A DNA stretch of 64,000 bases from Squalus acanthias (taxonomy: Eukaryota): the NCBI GenBank assembly GCA_030390025.1, contig JASTWF010000364.1, positions 310,001-374,000 of the forward strand, given 5' to 3'. Each line of letters starts with the position of its first letter. Within the stretch, counting starts at the first letter, position 1. The notes under the pieces are model-generated. The model saw nothing but the letters and a program-made list of their open reading frames with translations. It was not told the DNA's origin and did not search any database. The position numbers and the translations under genes are program-made. Below, piece after piece: positions 26,897 through 39,229 of the stretch.

Positions 26897-29503
26897 TGTA
26901 GAGTTTCGCAATTATCGCGATTCAAAATAACATGAGAAGCAGCAGATTCAATTGATCATTTTTATTAAACGAAATGCTGTCCTGATAATAAAGGACACAG
27001 AAGCCTGTAAAATGGCCGCCGCGCATCGTGGCAGAAGCTTCCAGAGACACAGTGGGCAGACAAGATGGCGTCGAATATACATTCAGTATGAGATCGGATA
27101 ATACTCGGTACACATTGAAAAGGCAGGATGCAACCCGTTTGCATCCTGAACAATAGCAATGATAAGTGCTGGAATCGTTTCCTACGCACAGTAAGGATCA
27201 TTGAACTGGGCCATCGAGAACCCATCCAGACACATCAATACACAAATACCCCCCCGGCTCAACAATGAGAGAGACATTGGCGGGTGATTAAGCCAGTATT
27301 CAGGGGGCCCCAAAACCAGTCGAGGAGACGATTCATACACATCCTGGCTGGCTCAACAATGGGGAAGGTATTAACGGATAGTTGGCCAGTTTCAGGTGTT
27401 ACCGAAACCCGTTAAGATAATCGCCCCATGCTGGGAGTTTTGGGCGCCAAAATCACACAAAGAATAAACGTTTAGATTTGAGCGGGAGATAAGGCCGACA
27501 AAGCAGTATAACTATAGAGGACAAATGTCCATCGCTCTCTTGACTCTCTCTCTCTCTCTTCCTTGACTCTTGGCTCTTCGCCGTGCTGGTCGGTTATTCG
27601 AGTGTTGGGTGGAGCTCAATCGGAACGAGCCGCCTCGACAGGGCAAGTAACAGGGTACACCATCCCGAGCGTCGGTAAACGGTGTCCGGACCCAGAGGCC
27701 CGAGTGACGAGAAGAAAGACGAGAAGAAATTCCACGTGCCGCCACGGTCAGTAAACCCCGACCGCGCCGTGGTGGGATCTGTTCACTAATATTGAGGTCC
27801 CGTCATGGATCAGGATAGCCTCCCACATTTTGGTAATATGTCAAGTTGTAATTGTAGTGTACCTGTTGTTCGTGCACTGCAAAAGAGGCAAACGCCTCAC
27901 GAGGCAGGAGAACACAGGGGAGTGGAGAGAACGTTACGTGCGCGTGAACGAGGAAAGTACCGCGTAAACTGCCAGGATGACGCCCCTCCATTTTACCGTG
28001 TGTGTTTTTGTAATTGTTGTAGTTATAAGTATTTGTGACTAAATCTGGAACTTTTGTATTTTTAAAACAGTTGGTTTAATTGTTTTTCCTTTTGTAATAA
28101 AACATGCATATACAGGTAGTGCGAGAGGCATCGGCCTTTTGCACCTGGAAGGCGAATACATGGTGTAAGTTAAAGGCAATGCTGCCTACGTTTGTCCAAG
28201 ATAGACAGTGTGTTTTCTCTGGGAAATGAGGACTGCATGTGTCATGGAGGCCATAGATAGTTTAATTACCGGGAGTGTTTGGATGTGGAGAATCGGGATA
28301 ATTTGCTCATCAGCATTTAATTGATACGATAAGCGGAGTTATTCGCATCAACAGGAGGGACTGTAGAGTTTCGCAATTATCGCGATTCAAAATAACATGA
28401 GAAGCAGCAGATTCAATTGATCATTTTTATTAAACGAAATGCTGTCCTGATAATAAAGGACACAGAAGCCTGTAAAATGGCCGCCGCGCATCGTGGCAGA
28501 AGAATAAACGTTTAGATTTGAGTGGGAGATAAGGCCGACAAAGCAGTATAACTATAGAGGACAAATGTCCATCGCTCTCTTGACTCTCTCTCGCTCTTCC
28601 TGGACTCTTGACTCTTCGCCGTGCTGGTCGGTTATTCGAGTGTTGGGTGGAGCTCAATCGGAATGAGCCGCCTCGACAAGGGCAAGTAACAGGGTACACC
28701 ATCCCGAGCGTCGGTAAATGGTGTCCGGACCCAGAGGCCCAAGTGACGAGAAGACAGACGAGAAGAAAGATGAGAAGAAATTCCACGTGCCGCCACGGTC
28801 AGTAAACCCCGACCGCGCCCGAAGATATAACGACAGAATCCATCTTTGAATTCTACAGACTACTACATGAACCGTTTCCTTTGAATTCTACGGATTACTG
28901 CACGATCCGGTCTGAATCCATCGACCACTTCATGAGATCAGGGAATCTGGCTTACCTTTCGCGGCAGCGAGAGTAAACAAGTGGGGTGCAGAAACCCTCA
29001 CAACCACGTGACAGTCAGGCGCTGCAGCAAAACGAGCTGAGTGCCCCACTTTAAATTTCCGAAGTGAGCCGAGTGGTGAGCATGTTTTCCGATCCTACAA
29101 ATCCAGACGTAGTTTAGGTATATTGAGGGAGGGTGGTTTTTCTAAGGTTAATGTATAATGTGTTCCCCCTTTTACGATGTGTCATGTGTTCCCCATTTCC
29201 ATAGACCAAGTTTTATGAACGTGTGTATACTGGTACTCTCTTTGATCTGCACCTATGACATGTATTTCATGATTTTAGACGCCATGCAATAAAGACATTC
29301 ATTTCGTGCTATTCAACCAGGTCTATTTGAGTCTTTTCTCTGCATTACTGCTCCTTGCATCTAAGTCCAGGTGTCAGAACCGTAAGGGCGAGTGGGTGGA
29401 ACCACTCACAGGTGCTTATTGCAAAAGTCTGGCCGGAGACCAGAGCAAGCAATAGTATAGGCAACGAAGGCCTCACCTCGCACCAGTACCGTGACCCCTT
29501 ACA
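26897..29503 (+). mobile_element. Internally deleted LTR element: partial 5' LTR (26897-27768), env tail, PPT, 3' LTR (28362-29503)
   Basis: Both LTRs begin TGTAGAGTTTCGCAATTATC; element ends CCCTTACA; 4-bp TSD GTCA (26893-26896, 29504-29507); PPT aacaggagggac before 28362. Confidence 0.93.
27770..27967 (+). pseudogene. env: C-terminal remnant of an Env-like membrane protein
   Basis: Hand translation WWDLFTNIEVPSWIRIASHILVICQVVIVVYLLFVHCKRGKRLTRQENTGEWRERYVRVNEESTA*; lies in the env position upstream of the PPT. Confidence 0.72.
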
Positions 29504-30345
29504 GTCAGGTGGGCAGAACAGTGGCAAATGGAATTCAATCCGGAGAAGTGTGAGGTAATGCATTTGGGGAGGGCTAACAAGGAAAGGGAATACACATTAA
29601 ATGGTAGGACACCGAGTAGTGTAGAGGAACAAAGGGACCTTGGAGTGCATGTCCACAGATCCCTGAAGGTAGCAGGCCAGGTAGATAAGGTGGTTAAGAA
29701 GGCATACGGAATGCTTGCCTTTATTAGCCGTGGCATAGAATACAAGAGCAGGGGGGTTATGCTTCAACTGTATAAAACACTAGTTAGGCCTCAGCTAGAG
29801 TACTGCGCGCAGTTCTGGTCACCACATTATAGGAAAGATGTGATTGCACTAGAGAGGGTACAGAGGAGATTTACAAGGATGTTACCGGGAGCAGAGAATC
29901 TTAGCCATGAGAAAAGACTGGATAGGCTGGGTCTGTTTTCCTTGGAACAGAGGAGGCTGAGGGGAGACCTTATTGAGGTGTATAACATTATGAGGGGCAT
30001 AGATAAAGTGGATAGAAAGGACTTATTTCCCTTAGCAGAGGGGTCAAAAACCAGGGGGCACAGATTTAAAGTAATTGGCGGAAGGTTTAGAGGGGATTTG
30101 AGGGGAAATTTCTTCACCCAGAGGGTTGTGGGGGTCTGGAACTCACTGCCTGAAAGGGTGGTTGAGGCAGGAACCCTAACCATATTTAAAAAGTACTTGG
30201 ATGTGCACTTGGGATGCTGTAACCTGCAGGGCTACGGACCTAGAGCTGGGAAGTGGGATTAGGCTGGATAGCTCTGTTGGCCGGCGTGGACACAATGGGC
30301 CGAAATGGCTTCCTTCTGTGCTGTAACTTTCTATGATTCTATTCT

Positions 30346-31090
30346 ACACTTAATGGCACAGTTTTAAAGAGTGTGCAGGGACAGAGGGACCTGGGAGTTA
30401 ATGTGCATAGGTTCCTGAAGGTGGCAGGACATAGAGAGAGTGGTTAACAAAGCATATGGGATCTTGGGCTCCATAAATAGAGGTATTGAGTACAAAAGTA
30501 GAGAAGTTATGCTGATCCTTTATAAAGCGCTGGTTAGGCCACAACTGGAGTATTGCGTCCAGTTCTGGTCACCACATTTTAGGAAGGATGTGAAGGCCCT
30601 TGAGAGGGTGCAGAGGAGATTTACCAGAATGGTTCCGGGGATGGGGGATCTTTGCTACAAGGACAGGTTGGAGAAGCTGGATTTGTTTTCATTAGAGCAA
30701 AGGGGGTTGAGGGGTGATTTGATAGAGGTGTACGAGATTATGACGGGTTTGGATAGGCTAGACGGGGAAAGGCAGTTCCCACTAGTTGATGGTACAAGGA
30801 CTAGGGGACACAGATTTAAGGTTTTGGACAAGAGATACGGGGGCGGGGGGGAGTGAGGAAAAACTTTACGCAGTGAGTGTTGAGGACCTGGAACTCGCTG
30901 CCGACGGAAGTGGTGGAAGCGGAGACACTCAATGTTTTCAAGGGGAGACTGGATAGGCACTTGAGGGAAATAAACTTGCAGGGCTACGGGGATAGAGCGG
31001 GGGAATGGGACTGACTGGATTGCTCTGCAGAGAGCCGGCACGGACTCGATGGGCCAAATGGCCTCCTTCTGTGCCGTTATGACTCTAAGT
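30346..31090 (+). mobile_element. CR1 3' fragment
   Basis: [36 protein letters not shown]; 3' tail. Confidence 0.85.
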
Positions 31091-31284
31091 ATCATCTTTT
31101 AGGTACATGATGGGCCGAATGGATTTCTGTGCTGTATGATTCTATAGTCTTCACTCTGGAAGCTAATGCTCAATTCGACAGAAAGTGGTGCTACTAACAT
31201 TATAAAAGTAGATGAGGATATAGTTTTACATAGAATCGATTGGGCTGGTGTCTTCTCCACAAATCGACAGACAGTAACGGTAGT

Positions 31285-34110
31285 CAGGGGTTACTGGAAC
31301 AGTAATCCAGAGGCCTGGACTAATTGATAGGAGATGCGAGTTCAAATCCCACCACGGCAGCTGGGGAGTTTAAATTCAATAATTAAATAAATCTGGAATA
31401 AAAAGCTATTATCAATAATGGTGACGATGAAACTACTGGATTGTCGTAAAAACCCATCTGGTTCACTTTAGGGAAGCAAATCTGCTGTCCTTAGCTGGTC
31501 TGGCATAAACATGACTCCAGACCCACAGCGATGTGGTTGACTCTTAACTGCCCTCTGAAATGGCCCAGCGAGACACTCAGTTCTATCAAACCAATAAGAA
31601 TAAAACCAAACGGATCACCCAGCATCGACCTAGGAACTGGATTCTAACACCCAGCCCAGTTGACTCTGCAAAGTCCGCCTCACTAACATCTGGGGACATG
31701 TGCCAAAATTGGGAGAGCTGTCCCACAGACTAGTCAAGCAACAGCCTGACATAGTCATTCTCAGAATCATACCGTTCAGCCAATGCCCCAGATTCCTCCA
31801 TCACCATCCCTGTCCCACTGGCAGGACAGATGCACCTTGACAGCAAGGCAGCATTTGACAGAGTGTGGCATCAAGGAGCCCCAGTAAAATTGAAGTCAAT
31901 GGGAATCAGGGGGAAACCTCTCCACTGGCTGGAGTCATACCTAGCACAAAGGAAGATGGTTGTGGTGGTTGAAGGTCAATCATCACAGCCCCAGGACATC
32001 GCTGCAGGAGTTCCTCAGGGCAGTGTCCTAGGCCCAACCATCTTCAGCTGCTTCATCAATGACCTTCCCTCCATCATAAGGTCAGACATGGGGATGTTCG
32101 CTGATGACTGCACAGTGTTCAGCGTCATTCGTAACTCCTCAGATAATGAAGCAGTCCATGCCCGCATGCAGCAAGACCTGGACGACATTCAGGCTTGGGC
32201 TGATAAGTGGCAGGTAACATTCGCGCCACACAAGTGCCAGGCAATGACTATCTCCAACAAGCGAGAGTCTAACCACCTCCCCTTAACATTCAATGGCATT
32301 ACCATTGCCGAATCTCCCACCATCAACATCCTGGGGGTCACCATTGATCAGAAACTTAACCAGCCACATAAATACTGTGGCTACAAGAGGTCAGAGGCTG
32401 GGTATTCTGCAGCGAGTGTCTCACCTCCTGACTCCCCTAAGCTCGACACCATCCAGGACAAAGCAGCCCACCTGATTGGCACCCCATCTAACACCTTAAA
32501 TATTCACTCCCTCCACCACCGGAGCACCGTGGCTGCAGTGTGTACCATCTACAAGATGCACTGCAGCAACTCGCCAAGGCTTCTATGGCAGCACCTCCCA
32601 AACCCGCGACCTCTTCCACCGAGAAGGACAAGGGCAGCAGGTGCATGGGAACACCACCACCTCTAAGTCACACATCATCCCAACTTGGAAATATATCGCC
32701 ATTCCTTCATCGCCGCTGGGTCCAAATCCTGGAAGTCCCTCCCGAACAGCACTGTGGGAGTACCTTCACCACACGGACTGCAGCGGTTCAAGAAGGCGGC
32801 TCACCACCACGTTTCTCAAGGGCAATTAGGGATGGGCAATAAATGCTCGTCTTACTAGTATGTGGGAAAAGATCGATTGTCTTCCAAACTGCTGATACAC
32901 CAGCGAATTCAAATGTGACTGCACGAGTTGGATTCTGAGAAGGAAGAAAGACTTGCATTTATATCACGCCTTTCATGACCACTGGACAACTCAAAGCGCG
33001 CCAGAACTAGCGGCACCTCTGAAATCCAGGAGGTGTGGTGAGAGTGACTGCCCTTGACATCAAGGAGCCCTAGTAAAACTGAAGTCAATGGGAATCAGGG
33101 GGAAAACTCTCCACTAGCTGGTTGTTAGAGGTCAAACATTACAGCCCCAGGACATTGCCACTTCTGACCTTATGTTGGAGGGAAGGTCATTGATGACGCA
33201 GCTGAAGATGGTTGGGCATAGGAAACTGCCCTGAGGAACTCCTGCAGCAATGTTTGCTGATGACTGCACAGTGTTCAGTGCCATTCGCAACTCCTCAGAT
33301 AATGAAGCAGTCCGTGCCCGCATGCAGCAAGACCTGGACAACATTCAGGCTTAGGCTGATAAGTGCAGGTAGCATTAGTACCACACAAGTGCCAGGCAAT
33401 GACCATCTCCAACAAGCGAGCGTCTAACCACTGCTACTTGATATTTAACAGCATTACCATCGCTGAATCCCCCAACATTAATATCTTGGGTGGTCACCAT
33501 TGACCAGAAACTTAACTGGACCAGCCACATAAATACTGTGGCTAAAAGAGCAGGTCAGAGGCTGGGTATTCTGCAGTGAGTGTTTCACCTCCTGACTCAC
33601 TAAAGCCTTTGCACCACCTACAAGTCAGGGGTGTGATGGAATACTCTCCACTTGCCTGGATGAGTGCAGCTCCAATAACACTCAAGAAGCTCAACACCAT
33701 CCAGGACAAAGCAGCCCCTTTTGATTGGCACCCCATCCACCACTTTAAACATTCACTCCCTCCACCACCGGCGTACCGTGGCTGCAGTGTGTACCATCTA
33801 CAAGATGCACTGCAGCAACTCGCCAAGGCTTCTTCGGCAGCACCTCCCAAACCCGCGACCTCTTCCACCTATAAGGACAAGGGCAGCAGACGCATGGGAA
33901 CACCATCACCTCCAAGTTCACCTCCAAGTCACATACCATCCTGCCTTGGAAGTATATCGCCGATCTTTCATCGTCACTGGGTCAAAATCCTGGAACTCGC
34001 TCCCTAACAGCACTGTGGGAGCACCTTCACCACACGGACTGCAGCGGTTCAAGGCGGCGGCTCACCACCACCTTCTCAAGGGCAACTAGTGATGGGCAAT
34101 AAATACTCGT
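31285..34110 (+). mobile_element. CR1/L2-group LINE family with tRNA-like 5' head; two deleted copies in tandem
   Basis: B-box-like gagttcaaatccc at ~31340; GVPQGSVLGPTIFSCFINDLP, MFADDC; 3' end gggcaattagggatgggcaataaatgct at ~32821 and ~34081. Confidence 0.8.
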
Positions 34111-34513
34111 CTTACTAGTGTTTGGGAAAAGATTGATGGTCATCCCAACTGTTGATACACCAGCGAATTCAAATGTGACTGCAAGAGTTGGAATCGGAAA
34201 AGGAAGAAAGTCTTGTATTTCTCCAGCGTCTTCCACCACCTCAGGGCGGCCCAAAGCACTTTACAGCCAATGAAGCACTTTTTGAAGTGTAGTCACTGTT
34301 GTAATGTGGGAAACGTGGCATTCGATAGGGCATGTACTGCAACTGTAGGCCGGGTAGATTGGTTAAAGTGTTCGCAAGAAATTAGTTATAGCCCAGGAAT
34401 GGTCACTGTCATAAATCGCAACTTCTACAAGAAGTAACTCAGGAAGTACTACTGGGCGGCCAGCTGGGGCGCCGTCCGGGGAGTATAAATACTCGGGCGT
34501 GGGCCCACCTTGG

Positions 34514-34774
34514 GGAGCGGGCAGGAATTTGGACATGAGTCTAGGTTCGGATCGGTCATGGCCCTGTGGGTAGTGGAGCGGGCCCAGGGACTGTGTAGCC
34601 TGATTCTGCTCCTATTTTGTGTGTGCAATTCTGTTAGATGCAGGAGATGGTTCTGTGATAGATAGTAGATTGGCGGTTAGGATCAGATCAGCCATGATCT
34701 TATTGAATGGCGGAGCAGGCTCGAGGGGCCGATTGGCCTACTCCTGCTCCTATTTCTTATGTTCTTATGTTCTT
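34514..34774 (+). mobile_element. CR1 3' UTR fragment inserted into the gypsy 5' LTR
   Basis: Highly similar to 57430-57681; absent from the 3' LTR; ttatgttc tail. Confidence 0.88.
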
Positions 34775-34993
34775 AGAGACAATCTGGAAACAGGAAGCTA
34801 GTGTCTGCTAACTAGACCTCCATGCTTTGTTACAAGTCGATTAAAGCCTTGCTTTATGTTCAAACAAGTGTGTAGTGAGTCTTTATTACGTCAATTTAAT
34901 CGACTTGACATCGTCTCCACGCTTTGGGTGATTCGGAACAACCAGCTGCAACTCGAACCACAGAAGGGAACTAGGGCAAGAAACTGATCCATC

Positions 34994-36604
34994 ATGGAAA
35001 AACTCCTGAGACCCGCTCGTCTCGACCTGGACCCGAATGCACCTGCGGCAGCGAAGGTATGGAAGCATTGGTTTCGTACCTTTAGCAACTTTCTTGAAGA
35101 ATGTGGGGCGGATACCCCTAATAAGTTCCGAATGCTTATTAACTACGTGTCCCCTCATGTGTATGATTATATTGAGGACTGTATAGACTATGACACTGCT
35201 ATCCAAATTTTACAGCAGCTATATGTCAAGTCCCCGAGTGAAATCTTTGCTCGACACCTGCTGGCCACAACTCGGCAGCAGCCTGGGGAATCACTCGATG
35301 AATTTCTCCAGAAACTTCGCAGGCTCAGCAAGGATTGTAACCTTAAAGCAGTTACAGCTGAACAGTATCAAGAGGAACTAATCCACGATTCCTTTATCAA
35401 TGGGATCGCGTCCCCTTTTATACGTCAGCGCCTGCTGGAAAATAAAACCCTCAATTTACGGGCTGCTTATGACCAGGTGTGTTCCTTGGACTTGGCCAAG
35501 AAAAATGCAGACACTTATCTCCCACCACGTGCACGGGCGGCGGCTATCTCCTTTAATGAGTCTTTCGGTAGGTCTCGGGCGGATGCCCCCACTGATGTTG
35601 ACTCTACTCTAACGGACGACGACCCTACCCTAGAGGCCTTCGCTGATGACGACCCCGCCCTAGCAGCATCCTGGCAATCAGGAAGAAAGTGTTTCTTTTG
35701 TGGAGGGGCGTGCCATCACAGAAAATTTTGCCCAGCTCGTAATGTGACCTGCAATCATTGCAGCAAGAAAGGACACTTTTCCAAGGTATGCCAGTCACGG
35801 GCCTCTGCTAACAAGAAAGGCCGCTCCTCTAAAGTATACCGGTCGAGAGCTCCTGTTAGCTTCACAGCTGCTATCTATGGAGCTGCTCCTCCCCCAGGAA
35901 CCACTGTTAAGGCTACAGCTGCCGAAGGGAAAATTGCCCCTCCTCCCATCACGGCTGTTTTTCCCCAAAGTTTGTCCCATGCAGCCACGAAGGTTTCAGT
36001 AAATGGGCACACTCTAAGCGCGCTAATCGACTCCTGCAGCTCTGACAGCTTCATTAGTAAGCGGGCTGTCAACAGGTTAAAACTGCGCATTTATCCCTCA
36101 GACAGGGAGATTGCGATGGCTCTGACGACTCTGACCACCAATTCTTCTGGCTTCTGTCTTGTCAACCTCATCCTCAATGGCCGCACGTATCTCTCCACCC
36201 GGCTCGGAGTACTCGAAAACTTATGCAGCGATGTGCTTCTGGGACAGGACTTCCAGAAGCAGCACAAGAGGCTCACTTTTGAGTTTGGAGGGTCAGGGCC
36301 GGAGCTTACCATTTCTAAGGTGCCGTTTTGTGCGCTCTCGGCTGCCCCTCCCTGTTTGCCAATCTTCCCCCCCCGCTGTAAACCCATAGCCACCAAATCG
36401 CGGCGCTTTAGCCAAGACGATCGAGCATTTATCGAGGCAGAAATCTCTCGCCTTTTAGTCGACGGTATTATCGAGCCGTGTTCATCTCCCTGGCGGGCTC
36501 AAGTCATCATTGTGAAAAATCCCTTAAAACATAAACGTCTATCGATTATTCGCAGACTATTAATCAATATACCGATCTGGATGCCTACCCGCTACCACGC
36601 ATAG
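34994..36604 (+). pseudogene. gag: gag-protease-RT N-terminus of the gypsy element
   Basis: CFFCGG..HH...CPARNVTCNHCSKKGHFSKVC knuckles; ALIDSCSSDSFI protease; GIIEPCSSPW. Confidence 0.87.
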
Positions 36605-36609
36605 ATGAC

Positions 36610-38420
36610 ATGGTCAACAACCTTGCCAAATACAAGGTATTTTCGACCTTCGATTTGCTGAAAGACTCCGACAAGAAGTATACGGCTTTTGAGGCCCATG
36701 GTCGGCTTTTCCAGTTTCGCCGCCTTCCATTCGGGGTCACCAAAGGGGTGGCCGTCTTCCAACGGGCCATGGATGGCCTAGTCCGGCAAGAGAACTTGAC
36801 GGATACCTTTCCGTATTTAGACAATATCACTATTGCCGGCTATGATCAAAAGGAGCACGACGCCAATCTTCAGAGATTTTTTGACGTTCTCCGTCGTCGC
36901 CACTTAACGTTAAACGAATCCAAATCGGTGAAATCGGTGAGCATTGTGGGCAACGGTGTTATTAAACTGGACCCAGAGCGACTTCGTCCACTTCAGGAGC
37001 TCCCTCCCCCTACGAACCTCGGCTCTCTTCGTCGGGCACTTGGCATGTTTGCTTATTACGCAAAGTGGATACCACACTTCTCCGATAAAATTCAGCCCCT
37101 GCTCCATGCGAAGTCTTTTCCATTGGAAGCTACGGCTATTTCTGCCTTCAACCTCCTCAAACGACAGCTGGAGAAAGCCACGTTTCGCTCCATTGACGAG
37201 AACCTTCCTTTTGTGGTCGAATGCGATGCATCGGAGGTGGCGATCTCGGCTACCTTGAATCAAGGTGGCCGACCCGTGGCATTCCTATCCAGAACCTTGC
37301 AGGGTAGCGAGCTCCATTACGCCCCCGTCGAGAAGGAGGCTACGGCCATCATCGAGGCTGTACGCTAATGGGGTAATTTTCTTGCTCGCCGTCATTTTAC
37401 GCTTATAACTGACCAGCGCTCCGTGGCCTTCATGTTGGAGAACCGGAAGCGCACGAAAATCAAAAATAATAAAATTCAACTCTGGAGGATGGAGCTGGCT
37501 GCCTTTGGATATACTATCCGTTACTGACCCGGCAAACAGAACGTGGCCCCAGGTACCTTCACACGGGCATTTTGCTCCTCAATGTCAACGTCGACTCTGG
37601 CGGATTTGCATATGGACTTATGCCATCCTGGTGTGACCCGCATGTTGCACTTTGTGCGCTCCAAAAATCTACCATTTTCAACCGAGGACGTAAAGAAAAC
37701 ATGCTCCTCCTGTAGGATTTGTGCAGAATTGAAACCACAATTCTTCCGCCTGTCAGATGGCTTACTCATACATGCAATGCAGCGGCTCAGCATAGACTTT
37801 AAAGGGCCATTGCCTTCGTCGACACGGAACACCTACCTACTTACGATGGTGGACGAGTATTCACGCTTTCCCTTCCCCTGCCCTAATATGCTTACCTCTA
37901 CGGTAATTAAATGCCTCGATCAGGTCTTTTCCCTTTGCGGGATGGCCAATTTTATCCACACGGATCGGGGTCCCTCCTTTATGTCGAGTGAGCTTAAAGG
38001 TTATCTCTCCCAACGGGGAATCGCCTCAAGACGACACCATATCACCCAATCGGCAACGGACAGGTTGAACGATACAATGCCATCCCCTGGAACGCTGTCC
38101 GTCTGGCACTAAGGTCACGCAACCTACCGGACCAGCAGTGGGAAACGGTGCTCCCCGACGTGTTACACTCGATCAGGTCTCTTCTCTCCACATCTACTAA
38201 TGTCACGCCTCATGAGCGATTCTTCAAATTCATCGCTCTACACGAGACATCTCTACCGTCATGGTTGGTGGCTCCAGCTACTCCGGAGGTTCGTCCGGTC
38301 TGCCAAAAATGACCCTCTCGTTGACGAGGTGGAGTTAACGGAGGTAAACCCCACGTATGCGCATGTACGGTACCCTGATGGCCGGGAGGTCACCGTCTCG
38401 CTCAGAGATCTGGCTCCCTG
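36610..38420 (+). pseudogene. pol: RT, RNase H and integrase of the gypsy element (stops/frameshifts)
   Basis: KYTAFEA, LPFGV, YLDNITI, VECDASE, EKEATAI, HMDLCHPG..C..C, SIDFKGPLP, VDEYSRFP, HTDRG. Confidence 0.88.
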
Positions 38421-39229
38421 CCCAACCGGTCACATGGGCCCGAATGATGAAGGATCCCAAGACGATGATGTCAACACTCCGCACCCCTATGAAAATGACA
38501 CCCCACTTGGGACATCGAGAGATCTGCTGGCAGCGCTACCGGATCAACTCAGGGAGCCGGACGCTCCCCGTAGGATGGCCACCCGAACCCAGGACGCCGG
38601 ACAATCTCCAACCACGACCCGGGATGAGGCCAGCTCTGCGCCTGTGAGGACCCGCACCCGGAGTCATGATATTCCCAGTCCTCCACAGGACGATCAAGAC
38701 GACGCGGACTCTACCGACTTACCGGTATGGGCCAAGCGACCCAGGGACCAGGACACGGTCCGGGGAGACGTGCCTTCTGGTCACAAGCGGAGAGCTAAAC
38801 GACTACGGCTAATTCTGGTCTGCCTAGTCCGTTAAAGGAAGACTGGACTTCCAAACATTTTAAGGAGGAAGAATGTCATAAATGGCAACTTCTACAAGAA
38901 GTAACTCAGGAAGTACTACTGGGCGGCCAGCTGGGGCACCGTCCGGGGAGTCTAAATACTCGGGCGTGGGCCCACCTTGGCCAGAGACAATCTGGAAACA
39001 GGAAGCTAGTGACCGCTAACTAGACCGCCATGCTTTGTTACAAGTCGATTAAAGCCTTGCTTTATGTTCAACCAGGTGCGTAGTGAGTCATTATTACGTC
39101 AGGCGGTGTCAGCTGAAAAGGTGGAGAATTAGCGCCAGGTGCTAATGTGTGCTCACTGCTCAAAAAAATGATTGGAGCCCGAATTCAAGTCTTAAAGCCC
39201 AAAGGTCATTGGTTTTACACTCAAAGGGT

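Larger units (their letters stand above)
24046..30345 (+). mobile_element. CR1 ORF2 3' part, interrupted by two LTR elements
   Basis: KENPKMF, LNEYFASVFTKE, YMDFSNAFDKVPH; open 29528-30262 C-terminus; ctatgattctattcta tail. Confidence 0.88.
34407..39101 (+). mobile_element. Ty3/gypsy LTR retrotransposon, Mag-like, both LTRs present, decayed
   Basis: LTRs 34407-34893 (with CR1 insert) and 38874-39101, TGTCATAA...TTACGTCA; PPT taaggaggaagaa; domain order gag-PR-RT-RH-IN. Confidence 0.93.

Noticed and set aside
31285..31360. Functional tRNA gene
   Set aside because: Only a B-box-like motif at a retroposon head; no full cloverleaf.
38420..38835. Extra env-like ORF in the Mag-like element
   Set aside because: Low-complexity integrase tail with no signal peptide or convincing TM segment.
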